A stretch of 64,000 nt of DNA from Owenia fusiformis (GCA_903813345.2 CAIIXF020000001.1:34596001-34660000), one strand, 5' to 3'. Positions 12,501 to 25,800 are shown, counted from the first letter of the stretch. The notes: generated by a model not told the origin, from the letters alone. Numbers and translations are program-made.

Positions 12501-14633
12501 CATTCGTGCCGTCTAGATATACGGCAACGGTGGCCCGTACGCGAACTTCAAACGCGTATATCTCGATAACTAATGGTCGGATTTCAGTTTGGTTCACAGT
12601 TTTTTTAAAGCTCGGAAAACTGTCTTTCCGACCAGCTAGTTTTCCTCCGATTCTGACTTCTTAAGGAGGCTCGAGAGGCCAAAATAGCGGAAATGCAGAT
12701 TTCGACCTAGATTTCGACCTTTGACCCAGATAAGGATTTGACCTAATTTCCCATCAATTACGCCTAGCCCCCTAACAACGTGTATGAGTAGATTTATCCA
12801 AATATCTCACGTTAATGAGCACGTGTGTGTAGAAAGATTTTTGCTTTTGCACATACAAAAGCAAAAATCACTAGACCTGGGAAATTGAACAAGTTCAATT
12901 TCAGACTCCAGATTCTTCTGGGGTTTTTAAAAAGACAGATGGACAGACGGATGGAAGGACGGACTGGCTGGACTTGGACTGGACCTTGACTTGATTTGAA
13001 CCTTGACTGGATTGAACCTGGGCTGGTCTTGGACTGGACTTAGACTATACTTGGACCTGTACTGGCCTTGGAACTGGACTGGAATTGACCTGAACCTGGA
13101 CTTTGACTGGACTGGAACCTGATTTGTACTGAGACCTGGACTTGGACCTGTAAATGGACTGGACAGGTATTTTTTCGATTTTTTTCTTCACTTCTCTTGA
13201 CTTTCTATAAGGCTATCATCAGATCGATTTTTATCGAAATTTCAAAATGCCATAACTTTTGAACAGGAAGTCTGATCGAAATTTGATTTGCAGATTCGGA
13301 TTCGTATTTTACACTTCAAAAAAATCTTTTTTCCCATTGCCATAACATGGGGCACCAAATTTAGCGATTTTTGAGCTTTCAAAATGTCATAACTTCCCGG
13401 AAGTCGGATCGAAATTTGGTTTGCAGATTCGGATTCCTGAGGAAATTCTATACTTAATTCATAACTCAAACGTTAAATTTGGAGAATTTCTTATTTTGAC
13501 CTACTTTTCGGACACCATATCTCAAAAGTGGGGCAAAATACTTTCTGACGGCAAAGGGCTATCACTATTAGCACACTCTTGGCTACATGTATACAAAATT
13601 TAGAAGAATATAATTAATCTGTAGTGTCAGAATCGCAAAAATAAGGAAAAACTTTGAATTTGACCTAGATTTTGACCTAGGCATTTTGGTGTCCAAATTT
13701 TGAAGCTAGATGGCTTTTTAGGTCCCATTCTTTTAAAGGCTTTCATTACATTTAGCAGAACTCGGTCTATATTTCGTATTTTTCACTTCAAAAAAATATT
13801 TTTTCCCATTGATTTAACATGGGCACCAAATTTAGCGATTTTTGAGCTTTCAAAACGCCATAACTTTCGAACCGGAAGTCCGATTTGAATTTGGTTTTCA
13901 GATTCGGAATCCTGAGAAAATTTCCTATAAGACTAATATCATGGACATTTGATTCAGAGAACTTTTTTTGGACCTCGTTTTCGGACACTGATATCTCGAA
14001 ATTGGTTCGAGATATCAAAAATCTAAATCGTATTGCGTTTTTCTACTTTTTTATGAGGAACACAATGAAAAAAACCCGGATCAAAAATATTGAAGGACGA
14101 CCGAGATAATGGGAAAAAGTGACAAAGTACTGAATTTGACCTAGTTCTTGACCTTTGACCTAGATAAAAATTTGACCCCATTTCCCACCAACTAGATACT
14201 AGACCTTATTTGACCATATAATAGTCTTGAAAAGATACCTTATAGTTATTGAGAAAACATGCACAGTAAAATAAGAATAAGAATAAGAATAAACAAAAGA
14301 GGCAAAAACAATAGACTCCAGATTTCATCTGGAGTCTAATAAGAATAAGAATAAACAAAAGAGGCAAAAACAATAGACTCCAGATTTCATCTGGAGTCTA
14401 ATAAACAAAAGAGGCAAAAACAATAGACTCCAGATTTCATCTGGAGTCTAATAAGAAGAAGAAGAATACTGGCAAAAACAATAGACTCCAGATTGACATC
14501 TGGAGTCTAATAAAAAGCTGAGAAAGAAGAAGAAAGGAGCATTAAAATGCCACAATCATACCCTCCTTGACTGAAAACCGAAATCTTTTTGGCGATTGCA
14601 TCCCCCCCTGACTGAAAGCTGGCTACGCCCCTG
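6525..14633. mobile_element. hAT5-like MITE split by an 8-kb stack of HINE-like elements
   Basis: Left end CAAAGGCGCAGCCAG, right end CTGGCTACGCCCCTG, TSD ATATC at 6520-6524 and 14634-14638. An uninterrupted relative lies at about 4539-4772. Confidence 0.75.
6581..14511 (-). mobile_element. Stack of four nested Helentron-associated non-autonomous elements (HINE/DINE-1-like) plus a fragment of a related family
   Basis: Four 3' ends ACTAG..GAAATTGAAC..GTTCAATTTC (hairpin) + AGACTCCAGAT (subTIR) at 6581, 8337, 10193 and 12870. Five 5' ends AGACTCCAGAT-nnn-ATCTGGAGTCT at about 12130, 14313, 14375, 14425 and 14481. (AATAAG)n microsatellites, roughly 475-bp internal repeats, and (GGATA)n or (GGACT)n tracts. 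Confidence 0.85.
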
Positions 14634-16921
14634 ATATCTGTTTTTGGTCATCAATAAAACTATATTTATATGGTGATGATTTATGGATTTTGATAACAAT
14701 AGGCTTTATATATGCTTTAATGTTTTATTTATCATGATGCTTTTATGTAGGCTATTAATTACAGTTCTTTTTGCAATAAAAAACTGGTATGTTTATGCAA
14801 ATTCCGATTGGACTTATATAAAGGGATATTGTTTCATTATGTGGACTTGAGAAAGTCCGACATACTCATTGCTTTCAACCCAAAACTTAAAATAGGAAGT
14901 TATCAAGATCCCAAGAACACGATCGCTACTTAAACAATACGTTTGTAAAATCCCGGCGATCGAAATGCAATCAAACTTTCGCAATCAGGTGCCTAATTAG
15001 TCTTTTGATCTCTAAAGTTTTACGACTGAACTTTTCAATGAACTCGTGAGAAACAAACGCAATCATCATATAAACATTTTTCTAGTAAATCTAAAATAGA
15101 GTAAAACCCAGGGAAAAAGATCGCGTGGTTATTTGATTATTTCATAGGAATTAGGCATATTTCAATTTTGAAATAACAAAAGTCAGTCTCGGAAGAATTT
15201 TCCAAGCATTCCCTGCTTCGATGCGTTTTTATTGCAAGGGCCGTTTAGCGCCGATATGAATTCATTAGGGCATTAGGGTTGTGCTTTATTTGTTTTATTT
15301 ATATAAATGTTATGAAATGTGTACGACACTTTAATGAATTATTTTTAGGGTTACAATGCATATTTGACTTTTCCCTCTAAACGTTTAAAATTCATCGTTA
15401 TACTTTTCTTAGTTTGATTCAATAAAATTAACATTGGATCCCAGACAGTTATCAAATTCTCAGACATTTGATTAATATAGATATTTGTACTTCCTTTGAC
15501 CAGTGGCTGGTGTGACTGAGATTCCAATCTAATCTGTTTCATTTTTATGTAAATTGAGAGGAATAAAGTTTTATTTTAAGCGTTTTAACAATCTTAACGT
15601 TTGGCGTGCAGCTCAACTTAATACACAATCAAAGGACAGAATACAGGAATAAGAAAATGCCTTTTATTTGTTATTCAAGCTCGAGCAATATCCCCGTTAT
15701 AAAACCAAAATAACTGCGGTTAGGTAGCATCTTGATTACAGTAAAGACAGGCCATCTTATTTCTAGGAATTATTTCTGCCTCTCATTCCTTAAAATAGTG
15801 AAGTTAAGGGGTACTGAAATCTTTCTTTTGATATTTAGTGCTTGAATGGAGACTTGTTTCCACTCCCCGCATTCTAGTAGAATTTAAATATTTGATCCAA
15901 AGGAGTTATTTTAAATCAAACTTGCATTCCGATTAATTAACACCGCTTCACTATTGTCTAAGACAATTATAATGAATTCACGGGACACTATAGTCTTCCT
16001 TTTAAACTTTAGTGTACACTTGTAAATTTTAAATATTTGATTTAGGGAGGTATTTGCAATCCAACTCTGATGATGCAAGACTAGTCAGCCAAGACTAAAT
16101 TATGAACTTATTATCATTTAAACTATTGATTTTATTAAATCATAATTCCAAAGATGTCATATTTAATCCCTTCAACACAATAATGGTATTAATTGGCATG
16201 ATATGTAATCAGAGACGGTTTAAAAAGTTGTTTAGATTAATGATAGTATTAGGAAAAATCCTAATTCAAAGTTTTTGTTCTCTCGCAATCCAGAGCAAAC
16301 CACTCGCCGGGCAAGCATTCTTTAAAAACGTGAAGTTTTCACCATGTTGAGCAGTTTTGAAAATTGTCCAATTTGAATCGTCGCCTTGTATATTTTTATA
16401 ACTGTCCCCCCCCTTGACACTCGAGTGTAAGAATCCTTTCCACACTGTCAATGGTTTTACAAAATAGTTCATGTCAGGAAGGGGGAGGGGTGAGTGTGGA
16501 GAACAATCACTGACTGCGATTTGAATGATTGAACATTATACACTTATCATAAATTCGTAAAGAATAAAATAAACATGAGTTACTTGTAATTATCAGACCG
16601 ATCTTTTATGGACAATATTATATATGTATCAGACTATTTTATGGACAATATTATATAAATATATTATATTATAGTATATTATTAAACGCTTGCTGCATGC
16701 AAACATACAACACTTTTTAATTGGAATACTTTACTTAGTTAATTAACACAGTAGTTACACACGGATAAGACGTAACTGGTCCGAGGATAAGCTCTATCTA
16801 TCTCTCAATAGAGTGAACTTTTTATTCCTGAGAATTAGTAGTTAGTCTTGGTTATTACTTATGGATAACACATAAAGTATTCTTTCTTAGTAGTGCTTAC
16901 AAAATAGTGTTTCCCGTTGTG

Positions 16922-19440
16922 ATACTACGTATACTATGCTACTACGCTGGGGTAGGGTCAGGCTAGGAGCATGCTACACTTACTACACTTACTACACTTA
17001 CTACGTATACTACGCTACTACGCTGGGGTAGGGTCAGTCTAGGAGCATACTACACTTACTACACTTACTAAGTATACTACGCTGCTACTCTGGGGTAGGG
17101 GTCAGGCTAGGAGCATACTACACTTACTACGTATACTACGCTACTACGCTGGGGTGGGGTCAGGCTAGGAGCTTACTAAACTTACTAAACTTACTACACT
17201 TACTACGCATACTACGTATACTACGCTACTACGCTGGGGTAGGGGTCAGGCTAGGAGCATACTACACATACTACACTTACTACGTATGCTACGCTACTAC
17301 GCTGGGGTAGGGGTCAGGCTAGGAGCATACTACACTTACAACACTTACTACGTATACTACGCTACTACGCTTGGGTGGGGTAAGGCTAGGAGCATGCTAC
17401 ACTTACTACACTTACTACGTATACTACGCTACTATGCTGGGGTGGGGTCAGGCTAGGAGCATGCTACACTTACTACACTTACTACACTTACTACGTATAC
17501 TACGCTGGGGTGGGGTCAGGCTAGGAGCTTACTACACTTACTACGTATACTACGCTACTACGTTGGGGTAGTGTCAGGCTAGGAGGATACTACACTTACT
17601 ACGTAAACTACGCTACTACGCTGGGGTGGGGTCAGGCTAGGAGCATACTACACTTACTACACTTACTACGTATACTACGCTACTACGCTGGGGTAGGGTC
17701 AGGCTAGGAGTATACTACACTTACTACACTTACTACGCATACTACGCTACTACGCTGGGGTAGGGTCAGGCTAGGAGCATGCTACACTTACTACACTTAC
17801 TACGTATACTGCGCTACTACGCTGGGGTAGGGTCAGGCTAGGAGCATACTACACTTACTATGTATACTACGCCACTACGCTGGGGTAGGGTCAGGCTAGG
17901 AGCATACTACACTTACTACACTTACTACATATACTACGCTACTACGCTGGGGTAGGGTCAGGCTAGGAGCATACTACACTTACTACGTATACTACGCTAC
18001 TACGCTGGGGTGGGGTCAGGTTAGGAGCATGCTACACTTACTACGCATACTACGTATACTACGCTACTACGCTGGGGTAGGGTCAGGCTAGGAGCATACT
18101 ACACTTACTACACTTACTACGTATACTACGCTAGGGTAGGGGTCAGGCTAGGAGCATGCTACACTTACTACACTTACTACACTTACTACGTATACTACGC
18201 TACTACGCTGGGGTGGGGTCAGGCTAGGAGCTTAATACACTTACTACGTATACTACGCTACTACGTTGGGGTAGGGTCAGGCTAGGAGGATACTACACTT
18301 ACTACGTAAACTACGCTACTACGCTGGGGTGGGGTCAGGCTAGGAGCATACTACACTTACTACACTTACTATGTATACTACGCTACTACGCTGGGGTAGG
18401 GGTCAGGCTAGGAGCATACTACACTTACTACACTTACTACGCATACTACGTATACTACGCTACTGCGCTGGGGTAGGGGTCAGGCTAGGAGCATACTACA
18501 CTTACTACACCTACTACGCATACTATGTATACTAAGCTACTACGCTGGGGTGGGGTCAGGCTAGGAGCTTACTACACTTACTACGTATACTACGCTACTA
18601 CGTTGGGGTAGGGTCAGGCTAGGAGGATACTACACTTACTACACTTACTACGTAAACTACGCTACTACGCTGGGGTGGGGTCAGGCTAGGAGCATGCCAA
18701 AACCCCCCCTTGCCAAAATCCTTTCAAAATCATGCAGTTTTTCACCTTACTGAGCACTTTTCAAGTGATTTTGCCATTTTTGGGACAATGTTGTCATGCT
18801 ACACTTACTACACTTACTACGCATACTACGCTGGGGTAGGGTCAGGCTAGGAGCATACTACACTTACTACGTATACTACGCTACTACGCTGGGGTAGGGT
18901 CAGGCTAGGAGCATACTACACTTACTACGTATACTACGCTACTACGCTGGGGTGGGGTCAGGCTAGGAGCATGCTACACTTACTACACTTACTACGCATA
19001 CTACGCTACTACGCTGGGGTAGGGTCAGGCTAGGAGCATACTACACTTACTACACTTACTACGTATACTACGCTACTACGCAGGGGTAGGGGTCAGGCTA
19101 GGAGCATGCTACACTTACTACACTTACTACATATACTACGCTACTACGCTGGGTTGGGGTCAGGCTAGGAGCATACTACACTTACTACGTATACTACGCT
19201 GGGGTAGGGGTCAGGCTGGGAGCATACTACACTTACTACGTATACTACGCTACTACGCTGGGGTAGGGGTCAGGCTAGGAGCATACTACACTTACTACAC
19301 TAACTACGCATACTACGCTACTACGCTGGGGTAGGGGTCAGGCTAGGAGCATACTACACTTACTACACATACTACGTCTACTACGCTGGTACGCTGGGGT
19401 GGTCTCAGGCTAGGATTGCACAGGCTATGTATACTACGCT
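16922..19440. repeat. Minisatellite, about 55-80-bp variable unit (ACTACACTT)n-ACTACGTAT-ACTACGCT-ACTACGCT-GGGGTAGGGTCAGGCTAGGAGCAT
   Basis: Directly visible array of dozens of units built from 8-9-bp ACTAC sub-repeats, interrupted at 18698-18794. Confidence 0.97.
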
Positions 19441-19444
19441 GCTA

Positions 19445-19815
19445 CACATGTTTTTTCACATAACTCGTGCAGCACATGCATGAGAATTTCCCTATAAAGC
19501 ATTTGGTAATTAGCGGCCATCTTGGACATAATGAGGTCGCATGAGCTTACAAAACGCTCTTACCGACTACTTTAGTAAGGGTTTCGAGACTATTTTAGCA
19601 CAGGTCTTGGAAACCCGGGTCCTGTCAATGTTTGCCATCGACCCTTTCTCCCTTTCTGAGAGAGAATTGGCTTGCCTGAATCAAATTGCAATCAACTGCT
19701 CATAAAATAAGTTATCATAAGACTGCAAATTAGCATATTTGAAATTTGCAATTATCAATGTTATTTAATCTATATGAATATACACTGTTGCTGAATAAGT
19801 TTTTTTTCTCGATAG
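19445..19815 (+). promoter_or_regulatory. Putative PIGG promoter / 5' UTR region
   Basis: Short unique stretch between the minisatellite and the first coding exon. It holds a YY1-like GCGGCCATCTTG (19513-19524) and a polypyrimidine acceptor TTTTTTTCTCGATAG ending 19815, which implies a non-coding upstream exon. Confidence 0.45.
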
Positions 19816-19823
19816 GATGAAGA

Positions 19824-22800
19824 ATGAACATCAGGATCTGGATGCTTGGTTTACTGGTGTGCAGTCAATTATTGGCAACAGGCTTATTTCTAAAGGGATA
19901 TTTTCCACTGAAAAAATCTGTTGAAGGATATGCAGACATTTCAAAAACTCCACCCTTCCCTGGTACGAGTAATACTGAACCACTGGAACCTATATTTGGT
20001 CGGTTGGTTATAATTCTTATTGATGCATTGAGATGGGATTTTGTGCTTGGAGAGGAAGGTAATATTGGAATGCCTAACACGAGAGGGGTGATTGATAAGA
20101 GGAGCTCCATTAGTCTCTTGGCAACTGCAGATTCACCTACTGTCACTATGCCAAGAATAAAGGTACATGTACACTGGCGACTGGCCCCCATTTTTATGTT
20201 ACTACCACAAATGGTGACATACATAATATTAGTCTCCAACATTTTTGTGGTAACAGTCGGCGGTTGGTGTTCCGTATTCTGTGTCTGGAACAAATGGCAG
20301 GTGGTGACATTTTGCATGTTAATGTTATTCCGTCATTTGACTCCCATGGTAAGGTCATCTCCTCAGAAAAACAATCTCATATTTGATCAGCTTTTTACCT
20401 TATAGAGATTTACTTGAAAAAATGATCTTATTGAAGTTCATGGGAATAGTGTTGATCTGTATGTCCCTCCTTGACAAAATATGTCATAAAAAATGCTGAA
20501 ATATTCTCAAGGTAAATGATCCACATACTGTCCACATTTAATGATCCTTGTTTTTAACCTTTAGGCTCTGATGACAGGTGGGGTGCCAGGATTTGTCGAT
20601 GTGGTCCTGAACTTTGATTCTACTGCATTGTTGGAGGATAATTTACTTCATCAATTCATGACTAGTGAGAGAAAGATTGTATTTTATGGAGATGATACAT
20701 GGATCAGGCTGTTTCCTGAACACTTTCTCCGTGAAGAAGGGACCACGTCATTCTTTGTAGCAGACTATACAGAGGTACAGTGTAATTATAATGAGAGAAT
20801 ACATTTTGTTTTTCTGTTTTATTTTATCATGAATTCAATCATATTTTTTTTCAATCAACCACATACTTTAAAGAACCTTATTCAATTATCTTGATAAACC
20901 CCACAATGGCCCACATTGATTTTGTATATGGAAGTGATGATTTCTTCTTAAACCGATATAAAGAAAGGGGGTATTCTAATCAGAAACATTATTTGGGTCT
21001 GTTTGCCATACCTGCATGGCTTTACATCACCTGTGCCACATATTTGTGATGAATTAAATGTCATCGGAGAAATACAAATTGAACCAAACATTTATTACAT
21101 TTAAGGTTGATGTGAATGTGACACGTCACATTGATCAAGAGATGCTGTCTGATGATTGGGATGTTATGATTCTTCATTACCTAGGGTTAGACCATATTGG
21201 TCACCTGGCAGGGTCTACTAGCCCCCTACTAGGACCCAAGCTAAAAGAAATGGACCATGTTGTCCAGAAAATACACAGAGCCCTCATAGAGAAAGTAAGT
21301 ATGTCTCCATATCAAGTTCACTGCATAAATTTTAAAATTAGGGCCACTTTTAAATGCTGTGTACAGGCTGTCGGGCCAAAAATTATACCCGAATGAGAAG
21401 AGAATAACACTTTTTCTTTACAGAAGAAGCTTTTCATATGATAAGAAAAATTAATTTTTCAATTGTTAGCTAAAAATTCATAGGAATATGTGCATTACCT
21501 CCTGACATTTGACATGCTGTAAATTACCTTCATCATGATCAATGCAGAAATGAATGCAATAGACTAGATGCGAGTAGAAATGATCTTGATTTACGTCATT
21601 AAATATTCAAAATTCAGTCAAAGTGATGTTATATTTGAAATCTACATGTAAAAATACATCTAAAAATATGGTTTCGAAAATTGTTTATCAACTTTGAAAA
21701 TTTAATATTTTTTGAAAATGTGACTTCTAGTTCGGGTTGATTCCCCATAGACCCCATATTACAAAATCACAAAAAGTGAAATATCTTTTCTTGTATTGGA
21801 CATAAAACATTTTCTTTTACTGGACATACTTTAATTTGCATAACTATTCGATACATAAGGGCTATATGAAAATTGAACCACTTAAACAGATGTAATGTAA
21901 GTTAAAGGGAACTTTCCACTATACCCGCCATGCTATCTGACCCGAGCGAGTCACCTGGTGGTGAAACTGGTAACTACCTACTCGCATTTGCGTTATTCCA
22001 AAAATGGGTAATGGTTCTAAAACAAGCTTTTCTCTAGAACTAGGAAGAGCAACAATGTACTTGATGAAACTTTCAGATATTGATTATAAATTGTCCAATA
22101 GATGACTGAACTAAGAATAGTTCTTCATCACTCTCAGAGTTATTCCATGTATATCTCGGTATGAATTTTTTGGAACACCCTGTAGTTAGCTAGTATTGAT
22201 CTCTTCATATCTATTTTTACAAGGATCATTCAATAAGCACTGATACAAATGTACCTGAGGCAAAACAAAATGCACATCACTCAATATGACCACCTTTTGC
22301 TCTCATAGGTGTACTATTTTCTGCAGGATAAGCATTCAGCCAAGCCCAGTCTCCTACTGCTATGCGGGGACCATGGTATGAGTGAACAAGGGAGTCATGG
22401 GGGAGCAACTCCAGCTGAGACAACAACTCCATTGATCTTTCTGTCATCACTATTCAACAATGGGAAAGGTATGTGCATTTAGCTTTGGATGACATAATCT
22501 CAAAATACATAGTATTGCTAACTTTACATAGAATAATGTACTCAGTTAATCTGAAAAACTCGAGAGATTTTTAAATAAATCGGAAAATTATTTGGAGAGA
22601 TGTCTTATAATGCATTATTTAATGAATAAAGCTATGGCAACAGCTGATATATGTCATATGTAATATTATGTTTGAATCGAATTGTTTGAATCAATATTTT
22701 CTGTTATTTGAAATTCTGCTCCACATTTAAAATTAAACAAAATTTTGACTTGAACCTTGTCCCTGATTTTAAGCCACCCTTCAAAGTATAGTGTGAGCAA

Positions 22801-25800
22801 TATATAGTATAGCTGTTTGTGATCCATATTTTATCACACCCTACATGTATATCTAGTTTTCATTTTTTGACATATGTACAGACCACTTGTACACAAAGTA
22901 CACAATGACCTTGTTTTCTTTTAGGTCAAACATTTTCAAAGGAATGTGTGCGTCAAATAGATCTGGTCCCTACCCTGTCATTACTGCTAGGTGTCCCTGT
23001 CCCTCAGAACAATCTAGGCGTGGCCATCCCCCAGGCACTATCATACCATTCCCCAGGAGACAGACTTCGGGCCATGCAACTTAATGCTGACCAAGTTTTA
23101 AGTTTACTAAAACAGAATGTGCAAGATTATCAAAGAGGTAAGACAAATAACCAATTTACCCAACACTAAGTCAAATGCCATTGAATAGAGATTACTTTGG
23201 ATATTAAATATATTGTTGTATTGTAGAGGAAGGGGTGCTATTACACAGCAGAGCCACACAGCTACATGCAAGATGGCTAGCTCTGTATGACACAGGCACA
23301 GTATCAAATACAACACTACACCAGCTAGCCAATACAACTATGGACATGTACCAAAGTGCAACAAAATCTGCAAGAGATAAGATATCATCCACACTCACCA
23401 CTTATGATACACATGCACTAGTAGTTGCCATATTTATTCTTTATTTGGTAAGTCAATTTATAGCATCTTAAAAGTGACTCAATGCATACTTTTCAATGTT
23501 CTTCTGCAAAATAAAAACTCTAAAATTAGAAGGTCTGGAGTAGTATTTCAGAACTTTCATAAAATTATAGCTCTGTACATCCCTGTTAGGAATAAATCGC
23601 TTTAATTTCAGGTGTTTCTTGTTGAAGTTGACTTTTTCTGGAGACCCCTCAGAACAAGAAGTATCAACCTGTTCTTTTTCATGGGATCCTGCATTACTTT
23701 AGCCTCCATACAAACCATATGGTGCACCAGTCATTCAGCCAGTTCTCTAATGTGCAACACAGTACCAGCATCTATAGTGATATCCCTAGCTGTGTTAATA
23801 ATCTTATCATCTTTGATTGCACTAATTGGCTCTTCCTTAATCGAGAGTATGCAGGGCATTCTACAGCGGACAGGTGCTGAGAAGTCAAAAGGGTTATGGT
23901 CAAAAGGATTAGGACCAAAAGGGATAGGGGTAATAGGAATACTGTTAGTTATAGGAAATGGGTTACATGTATTCAGTCTATTATCCAGTAGTTTCATAGA
24001 GGAGGAGCACCAGACATGGTACTTTTTAACCACAACATTACATCTAACTATTTTAGCGTGTGTATTAAGGACGATGCTTCCTCTGTCATCAAACTTTCTG
24101 TCACATCATGATTCAGTTTCATCAGCACCTATAATGTCATCACCTTTACCCGATTCTACCCCATTAAGATACAACCTGAGAAACCGTAATGCCAAACTAC
24201 AAAAGAATACTCAAGCTAGGACCTATGATGAAATAGATGCAACTCAATGCCGTCAAACGATTGTGAATAATCGTACATACAATGCTTTAGATGACAGTTG
24301 TGAGTTGAAAGAAATTAGCTTAACAGAAAATACCACTAGGAACTGCAGGACCCCTAGTGTAAAAGTGGTATTCTGTGGATGTCTAATGACATTATGTGGC
24401 CGTGTCATGAGGGTGTGGAATCAGACAGGAGACAAGTGGAGACATCTACCTGATGTCGGAGATTGGCTTGTCAGGTATGTTGCATCTTTAAAGTAGTGCA
24501 TCATAAAGTCATTTAGTAAGTTCTTATTAGAGGCATATAAATGTAACTGCAGTTTTGTCAAAAGTACATCTTTTGATTCATGGGGACTATTTAGCCCCCG
24601 TATATCACGAGAAAGTTCCCGCTGACATTGTGAGCTATGAGCTCATGTTAGAAGCGGGCCTTGAGAGAAATGATAAAATATAGTTATAGTTGAAGAACGT
24701 CGTTGCCCTGCAATTGAAATAGAGTTGTACTGAGTTTCACTTAGTAAAGTTTTAGAGAAGATTTTATATTTCAATTTTATCATATCTCCGCTTAAGTCCC
24801 CGCTTCTAACATGAGTTCATTGCTTGCGATGTCAGTGGGGCCTGGATAGTCCCTGTGTGATTGGAAGCTAGAGAAGGCTAGATTAAAGAATTATCTCTCT
24901 TACAAGGTGTATTTAAGTTGACAGCTTACAAAAGGTACAAGTACATAATTCTATTCTAGGCCAGAAAACCAAGGTATCCTATCATACTCTGCTATGGGAG
25001 GTTTGTGTTTGATCTGGGCCCTTAGACAGAGGTACCACTCTGCTGTTGGCAAGATGATGCTCATGGGAGGATGCTCAATGGTCTACTTGTTTAGAGCCTG
25101 TCAAGGCACTCTGTTGGCACCCTATGAGTATGATGGAGCTCCCTCAAAGTAAGTTTCAAGTCATAACACATATTTTCACTCTCATTTATGTCATATGGAG
25201 CTATGAAATTAAGACATTTTTAGTTTCTCATAGCTGTAAAATTACACATTAAAAATGATTTGATACATGTTTACATTTTTCATTTTTTCACATATATCAG
25301 ATTGTCGAAGAAAACAAAAGAAAAGTATGTATTAACTTATGTTTTTAAGGGGGGTGAATGAGGCTAGATCTGTCTTTGTAATCATGGCAGTCCTCCTAGT
25401 GATAGGCTGGCGGCAAAGAAAACATCACTATATCTACGAGGCCTTACTCTCAGTCTGGCTGCTCCTGATGTGTCTACTGCTGAGGCCACATAATATTCCA
25501 ATAGTGGCCCTAAGTTGTATCCAGGAGTCCTGTCTGCGTGCCATTTTGCCTTACATAAGTACCTCACTTCCACTGCTGACTCTGGTTTATCATTGGATGG
25601 GCCAGGCATCTTTCTTCTATCAGGTATAAGTTCTATCATCTTATGAGTTCTGAATGCCTCTTTAAATACCCTTGCTTAACAAGAATAAATATCATCTGTA
25701 AACACAGGGTCAAGACATCATCCACTCTGAAGAAGGTATGGACAGAGAGGATGATGGCTGGATCCCAGCATTTGGAGGATGAAGAATAAAGTGAAAACCC

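Noticed and set aside
6994..14109. Repeated 60-97-aa ORFs (..QIRIPEKIL..LSDGKRLTL..)
   Set aside because: Translations of the non-coding internal repeats of the HINE-like elements; starts, stops and frames vary between copies and no Rep/helicase motifs are present.
6017..15065. Weak inverted similarity between about 6017-6105 and 14975-15065 (TGATTGCG words)
   Set aside because: Too diverged to define ends or a TSD by eye.
15350..16470. Short ORFs hinting at a decayed coding region
   Set aside because: Many stops in the frames I read and no motif I can name; a BLASTX search would be needed.
16922..19440. CRISPR-like appearance (constant GGGTCAGGCTAGGAGCAT with variable intervals)
   Set aside because: The intervals are permutations of ACTAC sub-repeats, not unique spacers; the context is eukaryotic and there are no cas genes.
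25301..25324. Possible 24-nt in-frame PIGG microexon (CAG|ATTGTCG...GAAAA|GTATGT)
   Set aside because: The downstream intron would be only 25 nt, and using the CAG as an alternative acceptor adds 49 nt and shifts the frame.
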